A DNA stretch of 63,996 nt, counting the filler, from Aduncisulcus paluster (Eukaryota), in assembly GCA_024181965.1 (NCBI GenBank). It is 7 parts of 7 records of this genome, joined end to end, with 100 filler letters (N's around TTAATTAATTAA, not from the genome) between each part and the next. Parts side by side here need not be neighbours in the genome. Positions count along the whole stretch, not along the records: positions 17,663 to 40,883 come from BQXS01012452.1; positions 40,984 to 45,666 come from BQXS01012455.1; positions 45,767 to 55,632 come from BQXS01012458.1; 4 more parts are not named here. One strand, 5' to 3'. The number at the start of each line of letters is the position of its first letter. Position 1 is the stretch's first letter. The position numbers were made by a program, and so were the translations under genes. Under the pieces are notes generated by a model. That model did not search any database and was not told where the DNA came from. It saw only the letters and a program-made list of their open reading frames with translations. Of this stretch, positions 34,457 through 46,902 are shown in pieces.

Positions 34457-37400
34457 ATGCCTCCAAGACAGATAATTAGTGAAGAATCTGAAAAACATTT
34501 AAGAGGTATCGAGTTCTTTTTTCCTACCCTCTTTCCAAAATCTGGTCGTTCAGATCGGAAAATTGCAGCTTATATGTTATTGTGGGATGCATCTCACAAT
34601 GAATTTCGTTTTCCACACAAATATATTTCATCAATATGCCATATTGGCCCTAAAACTCTTCCCGAATGGGTAAAATTGTTTTCCTCCATTGGTCTCCTTC
34701 CACTTCGAGATCAAATTAAACAAATTCTTGAAAAACAGCCAAAAAGACTTGTGAAACCGTGTACAACTCAAGCTATTTTCCATTCTTTGGTGTCTGATGG
34801 TCTTCTCCAATACGAACAAGGCACTCCATTTATCACATTAAAGCCTCCTCATGATAATTTTACTTCCTTACAAAGACCTATTCAACAGAATCTCCCCAAA
34901 CTTCTAAAAATTGTGCATTCTCGAACGGATTCCACCTGTCGTTGTTCTGGATCTTTTTCTTCCACAGGGTTTAAACACCTTCTAAAAGCTCAAATATTCC
35001 CATTTATTCCATGTCTTCCCCCATCTAAACTCAGAAATGTCCTTCTATCTCCATGGCATTGTTTTCTTGCCGGGCTTGGTCTTTGTCATTTTATATCTGA
35101 GCTTTTTTACATGTATACCACACACCCAGCGTCGTTCCCCGTTGATATTTTCCCCTTTATTGAGAGTATTGACATCTCTGCCTTGCCCATATTGCCTCCC
35201 CTTAAACTTATCACTTCCCTCTTCTCGATGCTTCTCCTCGAATATGAGGAAGCTTCTCTGGTACAGTCAAATTTTCTGTTACCCAGACACATATCCCGTG
35301 ATAACATAGGTGCACACAGCTTAGACGTATCTCAATTCAGTGATCCGAATCTCAGGATGCTTTATTTCCTTCATTATCGTTCTGTGATTCCTATCTCCTT
35401 ATACTCCCCAACCATTCACCTATCCCTTCCTGAAAGAGACAAACCCAAAACAATACAAAATTATGTCTTAGATACAGCTATACATGATCCACCCTCACTT
35501 CCTCATGTTCCTGATTCAGCCTCCTCCAGATTACAGGATTATATCGAAATATCTCCTTCTAATCCACTCATAGATCAGGATATTCTCGCACATACACGTC
35601 AAGGAACATTTATGAGTGGTTTATGCATGTTTATTGACAAACAAGATCAATTTTTACAACCAGGATATGCTTCATCTCCCCCCAATAACCTTGAAGATTA
35701 CAATCCTATGTCTGGACGTGTTTCTCAACCTCAAGATGCAAGCGATAAAGATATATCTCCCCCTTCAGTGTTACCTACTTATATTGATCTTCCAACACAT
35801 AATATTCGAATGTTTATTACAAGAAGATTGATACTCCCCACTGGAGAAATTGGATTATGCATGACTGGGATTATTCGTACATATCCTGATGGAATCCCTG
35901 GCGATAAGAGAAAGGGACGAACAGATAAAGAAAAGAAATCTATCAAGGATTTGGATAAAGAGAGAGTGAGGGGCAGAAACTGGGAAGATCAGTTTATTGG
36001 ATGGGATGATGATTCCGATGAAGATGAATCGACAATAATTACAGAAAATATTATAATACGAACCTCATGGAAAGAGTGGGAACGAATTGAAACCATGTTC
36101 AACTCTTCATCCCACCCCCATGCAGGCCATTCACCTTCCACACATTCCAATGATTCCCCAGACCATTACAGTCACTCTTCTCCAACCTCTGGTTCCCATA
36201 TATCTGGAAGTTCACATCTCTCTCGATCCTTTATTGATGAGAGCACAGACTTACACAGCAGCACCTCTCACTTACCTTTCCCTCCTTCGTTTGATCACTC
36301 TGATATCCCTCAAGCCCCTGCATCTCCCTTTGACACCATGACATGTAAGGATAAAGCCAAGAGAATAGATGATGTGGTTAATGTAGCCGAGGAAGAGGAT
36401 GATATGGAACATGAAGAAGAAGAAGTTGAAGATCACCCACATGGACTTCTATCAAGACCAATATTGCAGACATCTGGAATACCCGCTTCAACTCCTCTCA
36501 TGGCAGAAATGAGTGCTTCATTTGACCATACTCCACGTGATCATTCTTCTACTCTTGCCAACACGTTGTCCACTTCATATTCGTCATCTCTCACATCTGT
36601 TGCATCCAACCCTCCTTCTTTCACTCCTTCCAGTGTTGCTGTATGTGTATATCTCCTGATTCTGAGATTGATATGTCGTACCAGGTCTGATCATTCTCAT
36701 TTTGCTAGAAATATTGTTTTGCTCCTCCCTTCCTCCTATTCGACATTCTTCCACCATTTCACAACCTCTGCTCTATCTCTGTTGACGAGTTGTGGAGTTA
36801 TTAATTCATGTAGGTGCATATTTATTCCTGTTTCTCAATCCTTTGGGATGTTTGGATCGAAATATCCCATGGGATCAATGGTGAATGGAATGTTAAGTTC
36901 TGAGGCTGGAGAGTTGGATCGTGTTAATGAGATTTATAAGTTTGAAGAAAGGAAGCGTTTAGAACGGATTGAAACACCACACCTTCCTTCAACAATATCT
37001 GCCTTCAGAGAGAAAGAATATCTCAGTAGAGAGAAAGAAGAAAGCTCGAGAGCTAGTTATCATTTCTCTGATTATTCCTCAATTAACTCAGAGAGTCTCT
37101 ATTTAGCACCTGATAGTGATGGCCTTGATAAAGAGACCAGAGAACGAGGTCCAGGATGTTTTCTTCGGTGTAGATATGATTCCACTGTCCCCTCTCTTTT
37201 CGATTCTGCTCTTTTACTCTCAGATTTGGGTGAATTCACCAGTGTAATTGATCAATCGACTGTAGATGAGATATTTACTGCCATTTTGGATCATTTTAAC
37301 TGTGACACGGCTGCTCAATTATATAATTTCTGGGAACACACAACTCAGCAATGTATCAATCGACAATCAAATAGATACAAATATTTACATGCTCCCTCGA

Positions 37401-38383
37401 AATCTGATAAATCGATTAAAGTCGAGAGGAAAAATCAAGATGGGAAATGGTTTGTTGAATGTTCCACAGATGATTTGAGCATGGATTTCCCCCTTCATTC
37501 TTCATATAAATGTCCCACAATTCGCTCTACAGCCTCTGCCTTCAGTGGTGCCAGTGATATATTTAGACATCGTCGTGATACTCCTTATTCGAAAGATCAG
37601 AGAATGGAATTTTGTGAGGATATGGATTCTATTTTTAGGGTGTATGATGAAGATATCAGTGCCAGAATGTTCTGTATATCCATGAAAAGACATAAATCCA
37701 AGAAGAAAACAGCTAAACCAAGGATTAGTGGTGATATCGAACAATCAGAATCAGATATTGATGGCGATTCTGACTATACAAAACCATTTTCAAATTATGA
37801 TGTTCTTGTTCGTCACAGTTTCATCCAACCAAAGGTTTCTCTTCAAACGGTTCAAGATCGTACCCTCAATGCCGAAATAGATCAGAAGTTAGCCATGTTT
37901 GATATTGTTGAGGATGATATTCATGTGACAGCTCCAAACTCATTAATCACCTATGATATATCTTTCTCCAACCTTTCCCTCCCTCCTCAGATTTCTATCC
38001 GACCATTCCACGATGGAGTTGTGATCATCCCTTTCCCTTCAAAGGTACTTCCTCTGATTCCAAAGGATGTACAGCTTATGAAATACTTTGGGGATGCAAT
38101 CAATCCTCTACATCTTAAATCATACACTAAATTCATAATCTCAAAGTTGCCATACCCTCTCAAGAAAATGTATTTCTCTATGGATCCATTTTGGACAGAA
38201 ACAGGACCTGATTATCTCCAGGCTTCTTCAACTTATTCGCATATAAATAGAAATTACATGACCGAACTCACTCTCAGATCTATTTTTGGAGACAAAATTA
38301 TGAATGAAATATTTTCTAAATGTCCAAATATTTTTCAAATGTACCATACATATTTTTCCCTTCATGAAATTCAACCAAAATAG
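34457..38383 (+). CDS. Large hypothetical protein, possibly derived from a Sola-type DDE transposase
   Basis: Uninterrupted ~1308-aa ORF; LCMFIDKQDQ and ALSLLTSCGVINSCRCIFIPVSQS resemble Sola2-like motifs (see findings). The ORF is secure, the product call tentative. Confidence 0.5.
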   Translation: MPPRQIISEESEKHLRGIEFFFPTLFPKSGRSDRKIAAYMLLWDASHNEFRFPHKYISSICHIGPKTLPEWVKLFSSIGLLPLRDQIKQILEKQPKRLVKPCTTQAIFHSLVSDGLLQYEQGTPFITLKPPHDNFTSLQRPIQQNLPKLLKIVHSRTDSTCRCSGSFSSTGFKHLLKAQIFPFIPCLPPSKLRNVLLSPWHCFLAGLGLCHFISELFYMYTTHPASFPVDIFPFIESIDISALPILPPLKLITSLFSMLLLEYEEASLVQSNFLLPRHISRDNIGAHSLDVSQFSDPNLRMLYFLHYRSVIPISLYSPTIHLSLPERDKPKTIQNYVLDTAIHDPPSLPHVPDSASSRLQDYIEISPSNPLIDQDILAHTRQGTFMSGLCMFIDKQDQFLQPGYASSPPNNLEDYNPMSGRVSQPQDASDKDISPPSVLPTYIDLPTHNIRMFITRRLILPTGEIGLCMTGIIRTYPDGIPGDKRKGRTDKEKKSIKDLDKERVRGRNWEDQFIGWDDDSDEDESTIITENIIIRTSWKEWERIETMFNSSSHPHAGHSPSTHSNDSPDHYSHSSPTSGSHISGSSHLSRSFIDESTDLHSSTSHLPFPPSFDHSDIPQAPASPFDTMTCKDKAKRIDDVVNVAEEEDDMEHEEEEVEDHPHGLLSRPILQTSGIPASTPLMAEMSASFDHTPRDHSSTLANTLSTSYSSSLTSVASNPPSFTPSSVAVCVYLLILRLICRTRSDHSHFARNIVLLLPSSYSTFFHHFTTSALSLLTSCGVINSCRCIFIPVSQSFGMFGSKYPMGSMVNGMLSSEAGELDRVNEIYKFEERKRLERIETPHLPSTISAFREKEYLSREKEESSRASYHFSDYSSINSESLYLAPDSDGLDKETRERGPGCFLRCRYDSTVPSLFDSALLLSDLGEFTSVIDQSTVDEIFTAILDHFNCDTAAQLYNFWEHTTQQCINRQSNRYKYLHAPSKSDKSIKVERKNQDGKWFVECSTDDLSMDFPLHSSYKCPTIRSTASAFSGASDIFRHRRDTPYSKDQRMEFCEDMDSIFRVYDEDISARMFCISMKRHKSKKKTAKPRISGDIEQSESDIDGDSDYTKPFSNYDVLVRHSFIQPKVSLQTVQDRTLNAEIDQKLAMFDIVEDDIHVTAPNSLITYDISFSNLSLPPQISIRPFHDGVVIIPFPSKVLPLIPKDVQLMKYFGDAINPLHLKSYTKFIISKLPYPLKKMYFSMDPFWTETGPDYLQASSTYSHINRNYMTELTLRSIFGDKIMNEIFSKCPNIFQMYHTYFSLHEIQPK

Positions 38384-38477
38384 AGAATTTGATGATTAGA
38401 TCTTACTCTCTATCTCAATTATGGATCTAAATATAATGATTACATGTAATGATTACATCATAATCGGTCAATATATT

Positions 38478-40049
38478 TTATTTGAATATCTGTGTGTGTG
38501 TTTCTAAGTATTCAACACTGTGTGAAGCAATGAAAAATGGTCTAATATCTGGCTTTGTGAGAGTATCTTGATAGATGGCTCCAATATACCTTTCTTTGTC
38601 ACAATAAGATACCAATATAATCTCATCTCGTCTCTCAAATGATTCAGAATAGGTTCCAACCAAACTGTGCTCAACCATATGTCCAAACAGAGCAGCAAGA
38701 GCACTTCTATATTTAACATACACCGATTGAGCTGCATGAGGATCACTGGAATAATAGAATTGTCTATTTTTAGAGTCATATATCATGAAATAGAGCGGTG
38801 TGGTACCTGGAAGATGAGGCAATATGGATGAAGGGGGAATTGGGAGAAGAGACGAGTAATTCGAAGAAATAAACGTATCAAATGCCTGTATTTCGGCAAC
38901 TATTTCCTTCTTAACCTCACCCATATCTTCAGAGATTCCCATAGTGGCGGATATCCTGTGAATTTCCTCGAAATCGTCATCTTCTTCGCTCAGTTCCGTG
39001 ACTTTAGCGAGTGATCCTTTGCCCAAAACAACAGAGGAACTCGAATGAGTGGTTCCAGTTGCTCCTTCCCACTTGGTTTGTCCTTCAACAACGAGTACAA
39101 GGATTAGTTTAGAAGTGGAAGTAGAGGGTACACGAGTGAAGATGATTTGACGTTGTGCATCACGGACAAAGACATCAGCATATCCAATCGACCGTTTAGG
39201 ATGCACAGAAGATGCTTCATGGATCGGTAACATCGGAAGAGGACTCACACCAAACCCAGAACTGGGAACACTGCCGACAGTCATTCCATCACATAGACAC
39301 ATTCCAAGCACACCCAAGCATGTATGTTCTTGGTTACTGAGTTCTCCACAAGAGGCAAGAACACTTTCGGTCGACATAAGGATACAATCAGTCACAGTTT
39401 GACCAATTTCAGGGTACTCTCGCATCATATTCCGCAAGTACTCATCCAGTGCAGAAGATATATCCTTTGGGAATAATGGAGTTGGGAGTGCTGAAATTAA
39501 ACGATTTGGGGAAGACAATATTGTGGAAGCACACAGTTCGCGTTCTCCGACAGATTCGTCTAAAAACTGCCCATTAACTAAACCATCGATAAAATACTTA
39601 ACGCAATAGGCCTTCTTAATAATATCTTCTTCATATTCATCGGAATAATCATCAGATAAAGAAGAAATAGCCTCAAAAACAGCCATATCCCTGGCAATTG
39701 AAAGAACCGTTTCAACAGAGTTTTGAGCAATATTTGAACATGCAGAATGCATATATTCCTGACTATGACGATCAATTTTGTATCTATCGACCCATTCAAC
39801 ACCAAACAAAAAACGCAAAGAATCGTTGGCAGAACCCGAGTCATCCTCTGAAAGCATCCGAGAAGCAATGACAATGCACCCTTTTGGAACATTTAGTGTA
39901 ACGTAATGAAAATTTCCGCTTTCTAAAGGAGGATTCATCGAAGACAATAATTTTTCAGTAGAGAAGCAACGTAAGGCATCAGAAGCACCACTAGAATATA
40001 AAACTCTTCCTTCTTTATCAGCTAATATAATTTCGAGGGTGGATATCAT
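38478..40049 (-). CDS. Tri-longin protein (Mon1/HPS1/Fuzzy-like Rab GEF subunit)
   Basis: Longin-type start IILADKEGRVLYS, second longin (CILMSTESVLAS), third longin LPGTTPLYFMIYDSKNRQFY. Confidence 0.5.
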   Translation of the reverse strand: MISTLEIILADKEGRVLYSSGASDALRCFSTEKLLSSMNPPLESGNFHYVTLNVPKGCIVIASRMLSEDDSGSANDSLRFLFGVEWVDRYKIDRHSQEYMHSACSNIAQNSVETVLSIARDMAVFEAISSLSDDYSDEYEEDIIKKAYCVKYFIDGLVNGQFLDESVGERELCASTILSSPNRLISALPTPLFPKDISSALDEYLRNMMREYPEIGQTVTDCILMSTESVLASCGELSNQEHTCLGVLGMCLCDGMTVGSVPSSGFGVSPLPMLPIHEASSVHPKRSIGYADVFVRDAQRQIIFTRVPSTSTSKLILVLVVEGQTKWEGATGTTHSSSSVVLGKGSLAKVTELSEEDDDFEEIHRISATMGISEDMGEVKKEIVAEIQAFDTFISSNYSSLLPIPPSSILPHLPGTTPLYFMIYDSKNRQFYYSSDPHAAQSVYVKYRSALAALFGHMVEHSLVGTYSESFERRDEIILVSYCDKERYIGAIYQDTLTKPDIRPFFIASHSVEYLETHTQIFK

Positions 40050-40258
40050 AATGAAGGTTCAAAATACATGCCTAAAATCAAAATGAATCTATCCACGGAA
40101 AAAAAGGAGTTTTTCATGGTTCCAATATGTAATTACTACACCTCTTTGTTATTAATATTTAAATTACAGTATAATAAATATACCAACGCTTCATTTCCCA
40201 GGATGATGTGTTCAAGAAAATGATGAGAGTATTGAAATTTATTATGAGAAGTCACTTT

Positions 40259-40883
40259 CTATTTCCACCCTATCGTTGGGTTTTCATCAACGATCACGAC
40301 TCCTCCAAGAACCTCACCCATAGGTTCTTCCTTTGGAGCCTTGCGTCTTTCTTTCCTCCTCTTTGACTTTGTGCTCACCCATCCTCCAGTTTCTTCCTCA
40401 TCAAAAGCAGCGGCATTGGCGTCAATATCGCTGCCCCACTTCAAGGGATCGAGAGATGAGGGCAACTCAGTCGACCGGGCTGGGGTTACGATTGGACTTT
40501 CGGTGATTACAACATCAGTTAAGACCTGTCTCTTTTTGCTCTTGCTCCTCCTCTTCTTAGCAACTTTCTTGGATTGCTGTTCCTTCTTTGGTTTCTCCTC
40601 TTCTTCCTTCTTCTTCAACGCTTTCTTCTCTTTCTTTGAAGGGGTAGAGGATGCTTGAGAGCTCGATTTAGATTTTTGAGAAACTTCCTCGGGTTGTTTT
40701 GTCACGGATTTTTGTTGTTCAACCGGAGCCTTCTCGACTTCCACAGGCTCAGTGGGGGGCCCCTGAGGTTTGGGAGCAGGTTCTTCGATTGTTTGAGAAA
40801 GAACTTGAGCGGATAGATCAGTGGATTGTTGTTTCCCCTTCTTTCCCTTCTTCCCTTTCTTCCCTTTCTTTCCTTTCTTCTTG
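40259..40883 (-). CDS. Lys/Glu-rich protein, 3' fragment truncated by the linker
   Basis: Low-complexity ORF ending at 40259; coding-like composition continues towards the gap. Confidence 0.55.
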
Positions 40884-40983
40884 NNNNNNNNNNNNNNNNN
40901 NNNNNNNNNNNNNNNNNNNNNNNNNNNTTAATTAATTAANNNNNNNNNNNNNNNNNNNNNNNNNNNNNNNNNNNNNNNNNNNN

Positions 40984-43900
40984 CCAACCTATGTTGCGAT
41001 TCCTCACATGCTGTTGAAATCTATGATAATGTTAATGATCTTCTTGATGTGTGGTTTGAAGTTATAAAGAGGAAACATCATGAATGGGGATCCAAATACT
41101 GGTCCATGCTCCTTTCCATGTTCTCCACTGTTCCATCTCTTGTTCTTCACATATCTCCCAGATATGATGCCAACATGGTATGGTGCAAGAATAATGGGGC
41201 TTATAATGAAGATTATTCAAGATATATTGGTAATTGTAATCCTTCTCTGAAAAAGTGGCATGTACTAATTGATAGGATCAAGAGTTTACCTAACCGCGAA
41301 TCTACATCGAAACTTTATTACGAACATGTTCCACAGATTTATTCTCTCTTTCATGCATATCAATCCACTGATGAGATTAAGGAACATAGATATGAAATTA
41401 TTCTTTGTATTCAGTGTTTAAGATGGTTTGTTAGACATGATATTTCTGAAAATATTGTCTTTCTCCCTATTCCTGATCTAAATGATCTCATTGACACTTT
41501 CATTGATCATCTATCAAGATGTGAGGAAGTGTTGGAAGGAGATGTTGATGAAGAGTATTGTTGGATTTGTACAAATTATACTTCTCTGGTTAAAGATAAA
41601 AGGGATTCATTCCTTCCAAAATTCTTCCCCACATTCAAACATATAATGGAAAGAGAAAGTAAGGAGAAATTAGGAGGGAGAGTTGCTCATTATTTATTAA
41701 TAATTCTCATGAACATCTCTAATTTTCCCTCTTCTTCCACACGATCCTCTATTCTCGCCCTCATCAAACCATATATCAGAGATTGGTTGAGGATATACAA
41801 TGATAATAAGTATTATGGATATTGGATGCTTATTCTATCAACAATCACCCTCTCAATCAATGGATCAACCCCCAACAAATCCATCTGTTCTGATGTTTGG
41901 CCTCTCTTCCACCCTGTTCTTGATGTTGTAAAGAGAGAGTTTGTTGGGGATAAGATTGTTATGGATAATTGTGAAAGAGTTTTACGATTCTTCTCCAACC
42001 TATGTTGTGATCCATCACATGCTGTTGAAGTCTATAATAATGTTAAGGATCTTCTTGATGGGTGGTTTGAAGTTATAAAAAGAAAAGAACATAAACGGGG
42101 AATCAAATTATGGTCCCATTTCATTTCCATGTTCTCCACTGTTCCATCTCTTGTTCCTTACATATCTCCCAAATATGATACCAACATGGAATGGTGCAAC
42201 AATAATGGAGGGTGGGATGATGATTATTCAATATATCTTGGTAATTCTTATCCTTCCCTGAAGAAATGGTCAGAATTAGTTGTAACTATCAACAAGTGCC
42301 CTGACTCAGAATCCACTTCCAAACTCTACCATGAACATCGAGATGAGATTCTTTCTGTCTTTCTTAAAATCCAATCAAATAGTGAGATTAAAGAGCACAA
42401 GAGAGAGATTGTTCTTGGTGTTCAATGTTTAAGATGGTTTGTTGGACATTTTATTTCTGAAAATGATATCTATCTCCCTATTCCTGATCTGAATGATCTC
42501 ATTGACACTTTCATTGGTCATCTATCAAGATGTGAGGAAGTGTTGGAAGGAGATGTTGATGAAGAGTATTGTATGATTTGTATCAATTATTCTGGTTTAT
42601 TTCAAGATAAATTGGATTCCTTCCTTCCAAAGATCTCCCCCACTTTCCAACGTATTCTTGAGAGAGGAAGTAAGGAGAAGTTGGGAGGTGATGTTGCTCA
42701 ATGTTTATTAATGACTCTCAGAAACATCTCTAATTCTCCCTCTTCTTCCACACGATCCTTTATTCTCACACTCATCAAACCATATATCAGAGATTGGTTG
42801 AGGATATACAAAGATGATAGTAAGTGTTATGGACATTGGATGGTTATTCTATCACATATCACCCTCTCAAGTGATGACGACAAATCCATCTTTTCTGAAG
42901 CTTGGCCTCTCTTCCACCCTGTTCTTGATATTGTTAAGAGAGAGTTTGTCGGGGATAAGATTGTTGGGGATGATCATGAATATGTTTTATTATTCTTCTC
43001 CAACTTATGTTGTGATGCATCACATGCCCTTGAAATCTATAATAATGTTAAAGATCTTCTTGATGAGTGGTTTACGGTTATAAGGAAGGAAGAACATATT
43101 ATAAATAAGAAACATCATGGTTCGGGAATCAAATTATGGTCCCATTTCATTTCCATGTTCTCCAGTGTTCCATCTCTTGTTCCTCACATATCTCCTAAAT
43201 ATGATACCAACATGGAATGGTGCAAGGATAATGGGGGTTGGAGTGGAGATTATTCAAGATATCGTATTAATTGTTATCCTTCTCTGAAAAAATGGGCAAA
43301 TTTAGTTGAATCTATCAAGAAATCACCTGACTCAGAATCAACTTCCAACCTCTACCATAAACATCGAGATGAGATTCTTTCTGTCTTCCTTGCATTCCAA
43401 TCAAAGAGTGAGATTGAAGAGCACAAGAGAGAGATTGTTCTTTGTGTTCAGTGTTTAAGATGGTTTGTTAGACATGATATTTCTGGAAATGATATCTATC
43501 TCCCTATTCCTGATCTGAATGATCTCATTGACACTTTCATTGGTCATCTATCAAGATGTGAGGAAGTGTTGGAAGGAGATGTTGATGAAGAGTATTGTGA
43601 TATTTGTATCAATTATACTCACAAAGTTCATTATAAATGTGATTCCTTCCTTCCTAGGATCTCTCCCACTTTCAAACGTATTCTTGAGAGAGGAAGTAAG
43701 GAGAAGTTGGGAGGTAAAGTTGCTCTAGATTTATTAAGAACTCTCAGAAACATCTCTATCTCTCCCTCTTCTTCCACTCGATCTTCTATTTTCACCCTCA
43801 TCAAACCATATATCAGAGATTGGTTGAGGATATACAATGATAGTGAGTGTTATAAACATTTGATGGTCATCTATCAAGATGTGAGGAAGTGTTGGAAGGA

Positions 43901-45666
43901 GATGTTGATGAAGAGTATTGTGATATTTGTATCAATTATACTCACAAAGTTCATTATAAATGTGATTCCTTCCTTCCTAGGATCTCTCCCACTTTCAAAC
44001 GTATTCTTGAGAGAGGAAGTAAGGAGAAGTTGGGAGGTAAAGTTGCTCTAGATTTATTAAGAACTCTCAGAAACATCTCTATCTCTCCCTCTTCTTCCAC
44101 TCGATCTTCTATTTTCACCCTCATCAAACCATATATCAGAGATTGGTTGAGGATATACAATGATAGTGAGTGTTATAAACATTTGATGGTTATTCTATCA
44201 AAAATCACCCTCTCAAGTGACAATTCAACCCCCAACGAATCCGTCTGTTCTGAAGCTTGGCCTCTCTTCCACCCTGTTCTTGATGTTGTTAAGAGAGAGT
44301 TTGTTGGGGATAAGATTGTTGAGGATGATCATGAATATGTTCTACGATTCTTCTCCAACTTATGTTGTGATCCATCACATGCTGTTGAAGTCTATGATAA
44401 TGTTAAGGATCTTCTTGATGGGTGGTTTATAATTATAAAGAAGGAAAAACATAGAGGCGGAATCATATTCTGGTCCAGCTTCATTTCCATGTTCTCCACT
44501 GTTCCATCTCTTGTTCCTCGCATATCTCCCAAATATGATACCAAGATGGAATGGTGCAACAATAATGGAGGGTGGGATGATGATTATTCAATATATCTTG
44601 GTAATTCTTATCCTTCCCTGAAGAAATGGTGCAAGAATAATGGGGGTTGGATGATAAGTTATACAAGATATATTGGTAACTGCTATCCTTCTCTGAAAAA
44701 ATGGTCAGAATTAGTTGAATCTATCAAGAAATCCCCTGACTCAGAATCCACTTCCAAACTCTACCATGAACATCGAGATGAGATTCTTTCTGTCTTCCTT
44801 GCATTCCAATCAAAGAGTGAGATTAAAGAACACAAGAGAGAGATTGTTCTTTGTGTTCAGTGTTTACAATGGTTTGTTGGACATTTTATTTCTGGAAATG
44901 ATATCTATCTCCCTATTCCTGATCTGGATGATCTCATTGACACTTTCATTGATCATCTATCAAGATGTGAGGAAGTGTTGGAAGGAGATGTTGATGGAGA
45001 TTATTGTATGATTTGTGTGAATTATACTCACAAAGTTAAAGATAAAAGGGATTCCTTCCTTCCTAGGATCTCTCCCACTTTCAAACGTATTCTTGAGAGA
45101 GGAAGTAAGGAGAAGTTGGGAGGTAAAGTTGCTCTAGATTTATTAAGAACTCTCAGAAACATCTCTATCTCTCCCTCTTCTTCCACTCGATCTTCTATTT
45201 TCACCCTCATCAAACCATATATCAGAGATTGGTTGAGGATATACAATGATAGTGAGTGTTATAAACATTTGATGGTTATTCTATCAAAAATCACCCTCTC
45301 AAGTGACAATTCAACCCCCAACGAATCCGTCTGTTCTGAAGCTTGGCCTCTCTTCCACCCTGTTCTTGATATTGTTAAGAGAGAGTTTGTTGGGGATAAG
45401 ATTGTTGAGGATGATCATGAATATGTTCTACGATTCTTCTCCAACTTATGTTGTGATCCATCACATGCTGTTGAAGTCTATGATAATGTTAAGGATCTTC
45501 TTGATGGGTGGTTTACGGTTATAAAGAAGGAAAAACATAGAGGCGGAATCATATTCTGGTCCAGCTTCATTTCCATGTTCTCCAGTGTTCCATCTCTTGT
45601 TCCTCACATATCTCCCAGATATGATGCCAACATGGAATGGTGCAAGAATAATGGGGAGTTTGATGG
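40984..45666 (+). CDS. Lineage-specific helical repeat protein, >4 tandem ~1.0-kb (337-342 aa) units, frameshifted by a 323-bp duplication
   Basis: The PSLKKW-coding motif recurs at 41241, 42252, 43278 and onward. 43541-43863 is repeated from 43864. Both ends are truncated. Confidence 0.85.
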
Positions 45667-46261
45667 NNNNNNNNNNNNNNNNNNNNNNNNNNNNNNNNNN
45701 NNNNNNNNNNTTAATTAATTAANNNNNNNNNNNNNNNNNNNNNNNNNNNNNNNNNNNNNNNNNNNNGGGCAGTTACGTGATACGATAAATCCGAGATCAG
45801 CTCTGGATCCAATGCTTGACGAAGAATCTCTTCCTATTGTTCCGAGTTAGTTAGTGAAGAGTCTGAGATCGATGACCCTTCCACGTGTTTTGTAACAGAT
45901 CGACATCACCTATCCGAAGTTTGGTCGACAACTGCACTACCAGTGAAGAAGAGAGCCTCTGTACGAAGGAGAGGTGTCAGTAATGGAGACTTGGAGATTG
46001 TGAGGGACGTTTTCGAAAAGAATGATGATATGTGGGCATCTGACTCTGGGTACGCCAAGTTTGATAAAAGACTTCGGTCTTGTACCATTGTTAGAACCAT
46101 GAGATCTGCTTCACTCGAGGTCGGGGCTATGACCCTCATGACAAATGTTATTGAAGGCTACGTCCTTCATAATTTAAGAAACTCCAATCTTTTAATCTTT
46201 TTGCTCTCCCTATTTCTTCTTTTTGTTATTCTCCCTTTTTTTTTCACGTGCTTCTCTTTCT

Positions 46262-46605
46262 TTTAAGCTGGTTCTCTACGTTGATGGTTTCCAGAACGTT
46301 AGAGACCAGTCTTCTTCTCTAAGTGATATTTGCGGTGTGTATCTCCAGGACGTTTCAGGAGATAACAGAAGATTATCATCAATCATGGCATATGGCCTCT
46401 GTCCTGTTGCAGATAAAAAAGGGATTTCTATATGCCCTTCAATTAAGAAAGATGATAAAATTCTCCGCAGAGGTTTTTCTTTTTCCTATTTTTCTTTTCC
46501 TATTTTTGTTTCTGGTCGCATTTGTTGTGTAAGTGCTGATACTCCACAAAATATGTGCTCTAGCGGGATTCACAGCGTCTTTTCCGAAGAACTGTGCCTT
46601 CTGTG
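46262..46605 (+). pseudogene. CMC (CACTA/Mirage/Plavaka-like) transposase fragment
   Basis: LVLYVDGFQ...GVYL...RR...VSADTPQ...IHS...CLLC. Confidence 0.65.
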
Positions 46606-46611
46606 CAAATG

Positions 46612-46902
46612 TGCTAAAACGGGAGGGATTTAGTCGGAAGCTTATGAGCGTGCTGGCAAAACAGATTTCGATATCAGCCATAAAATCATATGAAGACATG
46701 GTAAAACAACATTATAGACTCTATATCCCCTCGGAGGGGGCTTACGATATACGAATTTGTATTTTTTAGATGAAATGGCCAAGGATCCACACGCAGTGCA
46801 GAGAAAAAGAGGATATGGACCAAAAGGGTCAAGAATATATGAAACTGAGACACTAACAAAAGGCGGAAGAAAGTTATGGTCTCTGATTTTATGGGAAGAA
46901 TG
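46612..46902 (+). pseudogene. Tc1/IS630 transposase fragment (HTH linker and first catalytic Asp)
   Basis: VLKREGFSRKLMSVLAKQ, then after a frameshift EFVFLDEMAKDPHAVQRKRGYGPKGSR. Confidence 0.75.
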
